Origin: a virus
Taxonomy: Duplodnaviria > Caudoviricetes
Reading direction: 5' to 3' (one strand)
Virus record (IMG/VR): IMGVR_UViG_3300032093_009193
Span: 1 to 56,940 of that record
Length of the DNA: 56,940 nt
Positions 46,477-55,803 of this stretch are shown in pieces. The notes under the pieces are model-generated. The model did no database searches, was not told the origin of the DNA, and saw nothing but the letters and a program-made list of their open reading frames with translations. A program made the position numbers and the translations under genes. Numbering within the stretch: the stretch's first letter is position 1; every line of letters begins with the position of its first letter.

Positions 46477-49317
46477 TTAGATATTTATGATTGGGAATCT
46501 CCAGAATTTATAATTATTTGAACCTGGTAGTGGATGTCTTCCATCACATCTTATTAATTTAATTGGTCTTATTTTTCTCTCACTTGTTCTTGTATATGCT
46601 ACATCGAAAGAATAAGTAGAAGATCCAAAAGGAGTTGTAAATAAATCATATGCCCAAGCTCTTGTTCCTATTGTTGTTGATGTTGCAAAACCATTTAATA
46701 AAGCTAGATCAAATGATCCAGTAGATGTCCAATAACTTCCAATAATTGGTTCAAATCCACTCAATAATAATGATGAATTTAAATTAAAATCAGTATCAGT
46801 TAAAACTAAATTAAATAAAAATCCCATCTCATCATGACTAGGAACAAACCAACTTGATTCTATATCTGATGTTGGTGGATTATCTATATTAAATTTTGTT
46901 ATAGCATCGGCTAAACTAGTACTATTAGCATATATTGGATCTGGTGCATATGCTGGATCAAAAGAAGAAATTCTAGCACCACATAGTCTACCAGTATTAT
47001 ATAACCCATAATTTCTAGTCCATGAACCATTTATAGATTGCTTGGGTGCATTATAAATCCAGATGGCATAATCATTTATCGTTCTTACCGTAGCACAACT
47101 TCTGAAAGAATTTGAATATAAAGAAGCATAAGATGCTACAGATATAGTTGAATTATTTTCAAAAATATATCCTTCATCTGCATATGTTTTAGTTAAAATA
47201 TCTTCTGTGTCTTTTGTTAATGTTATTGGATCATATAATGGACCCCAAGAAAGATTATTTTTACTCCATATAAAATTTTTATTTCCATTTATTTCTATAT
47301 CTTCTTTTGCAACAATTATAATAAATGTATCAGAATTTCCACATATATTAGATTCAGGATACGCATTTACACCATATCCTGAATAATCTTTAAGAGATCT
47401 ATAATTTCTCTTATAAAATCCACTAGCATTTAGAAAAATATTATTATAGCTATTTGTTAAGTCTGCTGGTGGCTTTCCAAATAAATTAACATCATAATTA
47501 AAATTATCAAAGACTTTATGTCCAGAAACTATATTAGAAAAATCAAAAAAGCCAGCAACGACACCACCAGCAAATTCATCTCCCTGTTTCAATTCCCCTA
47601 TTCCAGGAACTCCCTGAAAGCATGGAATGTTATCAGGTGAACAATTAATTTCTTGACATGTTAAATTTGCACCAGAATAACTTTTATTATCTGCAAAACA
47701 ATCACTATAAATAACATTATTTTCACATGTTATTCCTTTATCGCAACACGCACCATAACCATCCTGACAAATATATGCAAGTTGCCCATTATCAGTTCCA
47801 AAATTTTTAGTACATGTTCCATGAAAATACCATTGATTCAATATAGCATTAGATTTTGATGTTATTCCACCTGTTTGATTTACTCCAGTACAATAAGCAC
47901 CCTGTTCCTGTTCAACAACAGTTTGGGAACATTGAAAGAATGAACTATTTGTAACTATTCCTCTATATGGATGCCAAATTGCATTTGGATCAATTGCCTT
48001 GCATTGACAAAATGTTAGATCTGCACTTGCATTACCATTGTAAAAACAGCAGAATCCTTGTGAAGAGCATAGAGATGAATCGCCTAAAGTTTTTCCATAA
48101 TAAAAATATCCAGGACAATTTGATTTAAATGATTCAGACACAGATCCAAAACAGCTAACTGGACAACATAATCCTTCTGCAAAGTTTACAGATGCATTAA
48201 CATCAATCTCATCTTCAAAAGGATAACATGTTGTTGGTATTGTATCGTGAGTTGATGTTATATCTGCTTGTGCCGAATCATATTGAGCGGGGATTGCAAG
48301 ATATCTTCCACCTAAAGATATCATGTTAATAACATTAAATTTTTGTTTTGCTGGACAAAAATATGAATCATTTTGCCAAACAATTCCAGATAAATCAAAT
48401 CTTTCAAAAAAATTAGATGCAAATGTTATTCCATTTGATATATCTGATTCATCTTCATAAGTAGCGTAGTAAATGTTTCCACCATAAGTAAAACCATTTG
48501 GAATGTGTAGAGACAATCCACTAGAGTGTGTGGTTAGTTCTGGTTTCTTTATCAGGAAAGCAAAACCATTTATTCCATTATTTGTAGACAAATTTTGAGT
48601 GTATGGACTTATGTAAAAGACACTACCATCATCTGGATTTATTTTATAACATGCCAATGAATTGCTGAATATAGTTGGATTCGCAATTACCAAGCCTTCT
48701 TGAATATTTTTATTTTGTACTAATACAGCTTTTTCATAATCATCATAAAATGATGCTGTAATTCCATATTGTTTCTGCCCAGTTCTATTGTAAAGTAAAT
48801 TTCCAAGAGTTCCACCAGAAATTCCTATAAAGCCAAGATTTACTGCACTATAATCCACAACAACTGTTTCTGGTGGATTTGAAGTGTTGTCGTAATATAT
48901 TCTTAAAATATTTTCATAGTTTGACGATATACCTTTAAATGTCAGTATATCAACTGGAAAATCGCCGTCATAAGTTTGATCAATTAAAGAATTTGATAAA
49001 ACGCTAAAGGAGGCTAGACTTATTCCTTCCAGAGATATTTTAGAATACCCAGATATTCCAACTATTTCAGATTGGCTTAGTTTTGATGTGTTATCGCTAT
49101 AGAAAAATTCAAAATAATTATCACTAAGTTTTATTATATTGACTAGTGTAGCACCAGTTGGTCCAGTTGGGCCAACAATACTTGGACCACAAGCACCAGC
49201 TGGACCCTGTGGTCCTTGATTTCCAGTTGGTCCAGTTATACCAATAAAATTACGAAAAAAAGTCAAACCCCTATATGGGATATTACTTGAATCTGGTATG
49301 AATGGTTCATCTGCCAT
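46477..49317 (-). CDS. Collagen-like / Cys-repeat / DUF1566-like fibre protein (946 aa)
   Basis: N-terminal collagen and GLCC/GFCC/GACC repeats, then QGDEFAGGVVAG, FIIIVAKED, YGLYNT, WFVPSHDEM, YWTST and IRPIK. Confidence 0.7.
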   Translation of the reverse strand: MADEPFIPDSSNIPYRGLTFFRNFIGITGPTGNQGPQGPAGACGPSIVGPTGPTGATLVNIIKLSDNYFEFFYSDNTSKLSQSEIVGISGYSKISLEGISLASFSVLSNSLIDQTYDGDFPVDILTFKGISSNYENILRIYYDNTSNPPETVVVDYSAVNLGFIGISGGTLGNLLYNRTGQKQYGITASFYDDYEKAVLVQNKNIQEGLVIANPTIFSNSLACYKINPDDGSVFYISPYTQNLSTNNGINGFAFLIKKPELTTHSSGLSLHIPNGFTYGGNIYYATYEDESDISNGITFASNFFERFDLSGIVWQNDSYFCPAKQKFNVINMISLGGRYLAIPAQYDSAQADITSTHDTIPTTCYPFEDEIDVNASVNFAEGLCCPVSCFGSVSESFKSNCPGYFYYGKTLGDSSLCSSQGFCCFYNGNASADLTFCQCKAIDPNAIWHPYRGIVTNSSFFQCSQTVVEQEQGAYCTGVNQTGGITSKSNAILNQWYFHGTCTKNFGTDNGQLAYICQDGYGACCDKGITCENNVIYSDCFADNKSYSGANLTCQEINCSPDNIPCFQGVPGIGELKQGDEFAGGVVAGFFDFSNIVSGHKVFDNFNYDVNLFGKPPADLTNSYNNIFLNASGFYKRNYRSLKDYSGYGVNAYPESNICGNSDTFIIIVAKEDIEINGNKNFIWSKNNLSWGPLYDPITLTKDTEDILTKTYADEGYIFENNSTISVASYASLYSNSFRSCATVRTINDYAIWIYNAPKQSINGSWTRNYGLYNTGRLCGARISSFDPAYAPDPIYANSTSLADAITKFNIDNPPTSDIESSWFVPSHDEMGFLFNLVLTDTDFNLNSSLLLSGFEPIIGSYWTSTGSFDLALLNGFATSTTIGTRAWAYDLFTTPFGSSTYSFDVAYTRTSERKIRPIKLIRCDGRHPLPGSNNYKFWRFPIINI
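46482..46489 (-). promoter_or_regulatory. Variant late promoter CATAAATA for the 1012-aa gene
   Basis: One mismatch; 6 nt before the ATG, similar spacing to the exact sites at gp3 and gp20. Confidence 0.45.
49147..49242 (-). repeat. Collagen-like Gly-X-Y tract
   Basis: GIT GPT GNQ GPQ GPA GAC GPS (IV) GPT GPT GAT. Confidence 0.85.
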
Positions 49318-49787
49318 TATGCTTGAACTTTATATCCTATGTAATTTACAACGACACCAGTATAAGCACCATGTGGTGCTACCTGATAAACAGCTTTCAC
49401 TATATGGTTCGAATCTGTAGGAGCCAATGACTGCAATTTACCAGCAGTTAATCCACTTAAAAAGTAAATATCATGTCCACCAGCACCGCCTGTGCTCAAG
49501 TTAATGTTTCCAGTTAAACCAATAGAACCATACATGACTACATTTGCATTACCACTTCCATCTATCGATTCAACCACACCAAAAACTTCAGCGGTAACGG
49601 CATTATCTGCTTTTGATTTTGTATATTTGCCACTGGCAACATCGTAATAAATAGCATCACCCAAAGAGAGTCCAGTTGCTACAATGGCTGAAGATTGTAG
49701 TAAAAAGGAAAGTCTACTTCCACCATCTGATGAACTAACGACTGTGTTTGATGATTTAATATTTGAACTGGTACTACAGGATGGCAT
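49317..49787 (-). CDS. Small virion protein, capsid-cement/decoration (DUF2190-like) module
   Basis: GDAIYY...Y.KSKAD....AEVFGVV......V...G.I...YFLS...AG.L....P; the same module recurs in the 769-aa neighbour. Confidence 0.5.
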   Translation of the reverse strand: MPSCSTSSNIKSSNTVVSSSDGGSRLSFLLQSSAIVATGLSLGDAIYYDVASGKYTKSKADNAVTAEVFGVVESIDGSGNANVVMYGSIGLTGNINLSTGGAGGHDIYFLSGLTAGKLQSLAPTDSNHIVKAVYQVAPHGAYTGVVVNYIGYKVQA

Positions 49788-49799
49788 ATTTTTTTCCTA

Positions 49800-52109
49800 T
49801 TATATTGGATAATCTGCGTCGGCTACAAAGTGATAATAGATTTTATCATATGGTACATTTCCAGCAACAGCACTAATTCTAACACTATTTATTCTTGCAG
49901 TTGCAGTTATTCTATCTCCAGATGTGTAAGTTCTCTCAGCACCGCCATATCCATATGTTCCATTACATAATATCAATTCTCTATTTGCTGTTTTATTATA
50001 GGCTTCCGATGAAGATCCCGAATATGGAGAATAAATTGTTACGCTTGGAGTTGTGCGCATCTCAATATTCAGCTCATGCACCTTCTCCGAATAATTTGGA
50101 ATTGGAACCATAATTGGAGTTGACTCCGCAACATCAAATGTTGAAATCATGGTGGGAGATCCAACTCTTTCAGATCTAGAATATGTTGAATAATAGAACT
50201 GCCTACAATATCTCAATTGCTCGTCATAGGTTTTGAAATTATGAGCCTGAATATTTCCATCCACAGCTCCAGCATTTACAGAAGCAAGAGAGATGAAAAC
50301 ATTGGTTGCTATCGATTCCGAAGCAGCTCTTGCTTGAGTTATCAGTGGTATTAAATCAAAACCAATTTCACAGTAATCATTTTCAATTGGTGTTGCTGAA
50401 GATGTCAAACCACTAATTGCAACATTAAAATCATATCTATCCCAGTTTGTTCCGAGACTTGCAGTTCCCAACACTTTATAATCCAATAGTGTAGTTCCAG
50501 CATATCTTGCAAGATAAACATTGACATCATTATATGAAGAGTGTGAAGTCTTACCATAAAATGATACTGCTAATTTTTTACCATCAAAGACTTTACAACC
50601 TGGAACAACATGCCCAACCATAACATGATTATAGCTTCCATATGATGGATATTCGTCGTTTATCAAACCTGGATATGTTATTCCAGTTGCACCAAGTGCT
50701 TTTACATCAATGTAGTAATTTGGATTACCTTCAATTTCATTTTGATAATCGGCAAATGATTGTCTAATTATATAATAATTTTTTGTAGATGAATCTCCAC
50801 TTAGTCCATCGTGTCTTCTCCACAAGTCGGCAAAAACAACATTTCCAGTAGTTGTATATTGATTTTCTCTTCCAATTTCAGATCTTTGCCATACTTCAAA
50901 ATTACCATTGACAAGCATATTATCGACAGTATTATCGACATATGTTGCTTCACCACTAGTGGATCTTAGTGATACATTACTCTGACCACCAACTGAACGA
51001 ATATTAATAACAGCAGAATCTGAAGAATCATCATATATTGTTGCGATTGGGAGATATGTTCCAGGATCTCCACCAGTGTTTATCCATTGTGGATTTGCAG
51101 CTTTACTGGTTAAATCTAAACTATCTGTAAGATATATTCCACCATTTGTTTCAATGTCATACACATTTGTATATCCAGACAATTGAATTGTTAATATGGC
51201 ATCACCACTGCCGTCTATAGTTTTATTAATTATAACACCAACAATATAATTTAATTCATTGGTCAAGTTCATACTATGGAACCATCCACCATAGTTTACC
51301 CTATTTCCAGTTTCTAATGCCCCAGAAGCAGCATAAGATGGACTATAGGAGAAAATATCACCAACTTCGATATAATTAAATTCTGATGATGCATTGTAAG
51401 CAGAGTCAATGATTATTACTATTTGGTTTGAGCCACTAGATCCATAACTTGTTAAATCTGAATTTAAATAGTTTCCTCTATATGGTAGAATTATTGCCGC
51501 ATTTCCAGAAAGACCAAGAAGAAGTGGCTTTGACACATAACCAGTTACTGCTGGCTCCTCATCGGTAATTTTTCCTTGATTGGTTGGATCTAAGAAATAG
51601 ACACAACCAGCACTTAATCCTTTACCATAACTGGTTGTAAAATCGCCCTCGATTTTTCCAGCAACAGTTACAAAGGAATAAGTATTTCCAACAGAAGTTA
51701 CTATACCCATAACCTCTGCATTCTCTGGATTGTTTGCTCTTGCTGCTGTATATCCTATTACTGATCCACTTTGGTATACTCTTACTGGCATACCAAAAGT
51801 ATATCCAGCACCAGCAGTCATTCCATAAATTTGAACATTTACAGAGCCAACATTTACTTGTCCATTGAATGTTACAGTATTGTTGAATATTAATGGAGAT
51901 TTTATAATTCCAGAAGTTCCACCAATTGAAAGAGTAAGCAAACCACTTGTATCAGTGGTGGCTAGAATCCCATCACCACTTGTAGCACCATAAACCTTTA
52001 AAAGATTTAATTTACCGATGATATCGGTATTTTCTTTTAAAAACCAATCATAAAAAGAATTCGTAGAATTTAATGTTGTTATGCTATATGTGTTTAATTC
52101 AACACCCAT
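49800..52109 (-). CDS. Tail fibre / baseplate-associated virion protein (769 aa)
   Basis: N-terminal SFYDW...N anchor-like segment, cement-like module(s), and a C-terminal NMLVNGNFEVWQR...ADLW...LRYCRQFY...MRTTPSVT domain common in phage fibres. Confidence 0.65.
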   Translation of the reverse strand: MGVELNTYSITTLNSTNSFYDWFLKENTDIIGKLNLLKVYGATSGDGILATTDTSGLLTLSIGGTSGIIKSPLIFNNTVTFNGQVNVGSVNVQIYGMTAGAGYTFGMPVRVYQSGSVIGYTAARANNPENAEVMGIVTSVGNTYSFVTVAGKIEGDFTTSYGKGLSAGCVYFLDPTNQGKITDEEPAVTGYVSKPLLLGLSGNAAIILPYRGNYLNSDLTSYGSSGSNQIVIIIDSAYNASSEFNYIEVGDIFSYSPSYAASGALETGNRVNYGGWFHSMNLTNELNYIVGVIINKTIDGSGDAILTIQLSGYTNVYDIETNGGIYLTDSLDLTSKAANPQWINTGGDPGTYLPIATIYDDSSDSAVINIRSVGGQSNVSLRSTSGEATYVDNTVDNMLVNGNFEVWQRSEIGRENQYTTTGNVVFADLWRRHDGLSGDSSTKNYYIIRQSFADYQNEIEGNPNYYIDVKALGATGITYPGLINDEYPSYGSYNHVMVGHVVPGCKVFDGKKLAVSFYGKTSHSSYNDVNVYLARYAGTTLLDYKVLGTASLGTNWDRYDFNVAISGLTSSATPIENDYCEIGFDLIPLITQARAASESIATNVFISLASVNAGAVDGNIQAHNFKTYDEQLRYCRQFYYSTYSRSERVGSPTMISTFDVAESTPIMVPIPNYSEKVHELNIEMRTTPSVTIYSPYSGSSSEAYNKTANRELILCNGTYGYGGAERTYTSGDRITATARINSVRISAVAGNVPYDKIYYHFVADADYPI

Positions 52110-52112
52110 TTA

Positions 52113-52790
52113 TTATGCTCCTGAAAGTGGAATCCCGTTCATCCATTCATATCCATTGCTAGTTACTGTCAATATTGGTTTGATTGCTGTTAGATTTCCA
52201 GTATTTGTAAATTCAATAATTGAATTTTTAATTCTATAAGCACCTGGAGAACTTGTATTTACAAATCCACCAGAATTATCAAATAATAATTGATCCTCAA
52301 AGGCAGAGATGTCCGATGAATCAATTGTTAAACCTATAAAAGTTCCAATTGTTGATGAATTTATTTGAATGGATAAGTCAAACTGTGTATTATTATGTAC
52401 CCAGTAACATAAACCACTTGGGTGGGTATAATAATACCATCCAACTAAAAATCTAATACCGCCAGATATAACTTGAACTTGTGCTGGATTCAAAGGTACA
52501 GCACCGTTCCATAGTATGGATTCTACAGTTTCATCTGGATTGGCCTGTAAATATGAAGCTAGTACTGGAGTCCAGAAAGAAAACATATAATTTGATAATG
52601 TTAAATTTTTCTGAAAATTATCTTGAATTTCATTCAATTCAGCTGCTTGAACAGCCATTCCAGGTGTAAAACCAATTAAAATATAATTTTTATCTAGTTT
52701 TTCAAATTCAGTGAATCTAGAATAATATGGTTCTCTTCCTAAAGATGTTTTTTGTGTTCCTGTTACTTGTCCGAAATAAGTAGTAGCCAT
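52113..52790 (-). CDS. Short DUF4815/VrlC N-terminal-like baseplate protein
   Basis: PYYSRF......Y..I.F.PG.AVQA.ELNEIQ and L.DNS.G..N..SPGA.R; lies after gp8. Confidence 0.7.
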   Translation of the reverse strand: MATTYFGQVTGTQKTSLGREPYYSRFTEFEKLDKNYILIGFTPGMAVQAAELNEIQDNFQKNLTLSNYMFSFWTPVLASYLQANPDETVESILWNGAVPLNPAQVQVISGGIRFLVGWYYYTHPSGLCYWVHNNTQFDLSIQINSSTIGTFIGLTIDSSDISAFEDQLLFDNSGGFVNTSSPGAYRIKNSIIEFTNTGNLTAIKPILTVTSNGYEWMNGIPLSGA

Positions 52791-54592
52791 TAAATTTCTC
52801 TTATTATATTTATTCTAATTATTCTAGATAAATTTCCATTAGTATCTGCAATTTTTATATTTGCTGGAGTTTTTACAACTTGTAGAACTTTTCCGCTATA
52901 TTGTTTTAGATCTGGTTCTTTAATTATTCTATTGATGAAAAACTTCTCATTATCAGTATCAATTACATATTGGGAATTCAAAACATTTTCATGATTACTT
53001 CCAATCAATGTAACAAATGATTCTTCAGATGTTGGTGTTGCATCTGTTGTTATATTTGCGGAAACAATGGTGGTTGGTGATGGTGGTATAGTTGGAACTA
53101 AGGCTGCTAATTGGGTTAGATCTGTTTGATCTGCAATCGTTGGAACATAAACTTTTCCAGTTACTGGTGCTTTAGTAATAGTACCAGTTCCTATATCATC
53201 CTCATAAATAACTGCTGCTTCTATAGAATTAGATGCAATTTTTGTAACATTTGGGGGCAACTCAGATCCAGATACGATATAATCGCCAGATGGAAGTTTT
53301 TGTAGTGGATTGGACACCAATCCATATAAATTGAATTCTGTTGGATATGGGACTCCAGCCAGATCTAGTTCCTGAATTTCTATTCTAGAATCGATTAAAA
53401 CATTTTTACATTCCAATACATCGTATGGGTCAACATTTAAACCATCAATAATATCAAGATTTAGTTCTATACTTGATAAAATTTGTGATTTTATATTTGA
53501 TGCAAAAATATTAGATGAAATATCTAAAATTATATCTTTATAATCTTTACCGTTCTCAATAACTTCAATTCCATTAATTATAAATTTTCCATTTATATTT
53601 CTATAAGTTTTTAATCTTATTCTTGCCCCAGATCCAGTTAAGGAAATAACTGTAAATTCTGGATTTTCTTGATTTACAACAAGTTGACTTAATGGTATAT
53701 CGCTTAAATTAAGCGATGCAGATATTATAGCACCATCGTCTGGACCATTATTTGCTATCTCATATAATGCATAGAATGCAGAGGATGATGGAATTCTATT
53801 GTCAGCTATTAATTGCCCTATCTCATCAAATTTATCTAAAATTGATATATTTTCTACTATATCTCCAGTGCTTCCATAAAAAACTGGCTGTAGTGTGTTA
53901 TTTTCATCAAAAAGATAATAACACTCACCACAAGAAGATTCTACAGTTTTATATCTTTCACCCTTGATATAATCCTCAAATGTTCCACCAGTAATTGCTA
54001 TTTTTTTGTTATCTTTGAAATACAGAGAACAATAACCACTAGTATCAATTGAGTCGTCGCAGAAACTTTCAATATTTTGCTGCTCTGTACTGAATGAGGA
54101 AAGTTTAAAATCTTCAAATGAAATAATTGGAATCCAATTAGTTTTAACAAATCTTAAATAGTCTCCAGTTATTCTATAAACTGGCAACCAGGTATACCCA
54201 TCTGGATATTTTTTTATTCCATAGGCATGATTTGGAATATATGTTGAGGCAATTGTTCCAGATAGATCTTTTCTATTGAATTCATTATTTGATAAACAAA
54301 TATAAACATTTCCATTTTCTTTATTCCAAACATAGAAATCAGAATTTGATGTAGAAAATGCTTTCCATGGATAATAAACACCGCCACTTTTCCATGTTAT
54401 ATTTGGTATGACTCCAACAGCATCATTTCTAGTGACTCTCTTTGAAAAAATTGAATTATTCCATAAATCTATACCAGCCTCATTGCTACCAGTTTCAATA
54501 TAGTTGTCAGTTTTTCCTATAAGAAAATGAAGATTTTCTGTTTTTCCTATACTAGATAAATATTTTTTAATGTCTTTTTGTTTTTTTGCCAT
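52790..54592 (-). CDS. 8: Baseplate wedge subunit gp8
   Basis: W.SG.VY, FYV.N....VYICLSN, DGYTW...Y.I and WIPI. Start set at MAKKQ; synteny 6-7-8. Confidence 0.8.
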   Translation of the reverse strand: MAKKQKDIKKYLSSIGKTENLHFLIGKTDNYIETGSNEAGIDLWNNSIFSKRVTRNDAVGVIPNITWKSGGVYYPWKAFSTSNSDFYVWNKENGNVYICLSNNEFNRKDLSGTIASTYIPNHAYGIKKYPDGYTWLPVYRITGDYLRFVKTNWIPIISFEDFKLSSFSTEQQNIESFCDDSIDTSGYCSLYFKDNKKIAITGGTFEDYIKGERYKTVESSCGECYYLFDENNTLQPVFYGSTGDIVENISILDKFDEIGQLIADNRIPSSSAFYALYEIANNGPDDGAIISASLNLSDIPLSQLVVNQENPEFTVISLTGSGARIRLKTYRNINGKFIINGIEVIENGKDYKDIILDISSNIFASNIKSQILSSIELNLDIIDGLNVDPYDVLECKNVLIDSRIEIQELDLAGVPYPTEFNLYGLVSNPLQKLPSGDYIVSGSELPPNVTKIASNSIEAAVIYEDDIGTGTITKAPVTGKVYVPTIADQTDLTQLAALVPTIPPSPTTIVSANITTDATPTSEESFVTLIGSNHENVLNSQYVIDTDNEKFFINRIIKEPDLKQYSGKVLQVVKTPANIKIADTNGNLSRIIRINIIREI

Positions 54593-54603
54593 TTTTATAT
54601 CCG

Positions 54604-55803
54604 TTATGATGCAGGGCCGCAATTGTCACAACTCAATATTTCATTTGGGCTGGTAAAACCAGAATCATAGCATAAAGTTAAAAATTCTTGAATATTTATA
54701 TCTAGGAATGTATTGGCTGAAAATGTTTGCGCCCAAGTTGGAAATAGATGAGTTGGGCCAGTAAATCCAGAATAAGAAACACCATCGCAACCAACACAGA
54801 AAGTTAATCCAGAATAACTAAAACCATTAACCGATCCTAGATTTGGATAGGTTGATCCTAAAACATATGGTGAGTAATTTTTCAATAGTGGATATTCACA
54901 AACGAATAAATCTTCATCACTTGGCGCATTTGGGATATAATCTGAAAGTTGTTTTCCAAATATTAACTTAATTCCTGCTGGATGATTTGATTTTCTATAC
55001 AGATTTTCTAAATCATTATTATTTGAATAATTTGGACCAGCATATAAGATATAAGAAAAATCATGAAACCAATCCGAATCCTGCAATTTACTTCCATTTA
55101 AATAGCTACCAGCTAAATCTCCGCGAGTTAGATAATCTCCAGTAATTCCAGTTGTGATATTGAAGTTAAAGTTTGGAGAATAAAATCTACCACCATTTAA
55201 TCTTAGTATTTTTTCCTTTGGAATTTCTATTTGTATATCTTCTTCATCTATTAAAAACAAAGTTGTTAATAGTTTTCTAGCTGCTTCTTCTGAACCTTTT
55301 CTATGATAAAAATTCTTTCTTATACCTATTAAAAAATTCTCTAATTGATTTCTAGCAACATTCAAATCAGTAGTAAATAAATCATCAAATGATCCAGCAT
55401 ACATTTTGTAGATATTTTGAATCAAATTTGATTTAGTTTTTCTAATATCAATTAGATCAAGTAAATTTCTAGATAGTGAATAATTTGCCCCACTAGGTGA
55501 ATCACAATAAAGCCAATCATAGTATTTTTGTAAAAAATCATATATTGTTAATGTTGATTGTAATTGACCAGCTCTATTATTTTTTTCTACTATAACCCAA
55601 TTTGGAATAAATTTTGTAATATCAAACAGTGTTCCACAATTCTCAGCTGAATTAAAATTGAAACCTGTAGATAAGGATTGACCCAATTCAAAATTATCAG
55701 ATTCGCTTGAAATTGTATCAATCTCATTTGATATTAAAGTAACAAGCGCATTTATAGCGTGATTGTTATTTGTTATTCCAGCATATGGGATAAATGGTAT
55801 CAT
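54604..55803 (-). CDS. 7: Baseplate wedge initiator gp7-like (compact)
   Basis: FL..YY.WL, FY.RKGSE.A...L...LF, P...IL, KLQDS.W...FSY.L and HPAG..L.FG. Confidence 0.7.
   Translation of the reverse strand: MIPFIPYAGITNNNHAINALVTLISNEIDTISSESDNFELGQSLSTGFNFNSAENCGTLFDITKFIPNWVIVEKNNRAGQLQSTLTIYDFLQKYYDWLYCDSPSGANYSLSRNLLDLIDIRKTKSNLIQNIYKMYAGSFDDLFTTDLNVARNQLENFLIGIRKNFYHRKGSEEAARKLLTTLFLIDEEDIQIEIPKEKILRLNGGRFYSPNFNFNITTGITGDYLTRGDLAGSYLNGSKLQDSDWFHDFSYILYAGPNYSNNNDLENLYRKSNHPAGIKLIFGKQLSDYIPNAPSDEDLFVCEYPLLKNYSPYVLGSTYPNLGSVNGFSYSGLTFCVGCDGVSYSGFTGPTHLFPTWAQTFSANTFLDINIQEFLTLCYDSGFTSPNEILSCDNCGPAS

Noticed and set aside
37023-49317. Diversity-generating retroelement targeting the DUF1566-like domains
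   Set aside because: No reverse transcriptase and no near-identical TR/VR pair seen in this window; the three 3' ends are highly diverged. A remote cassette cannot be excluded.
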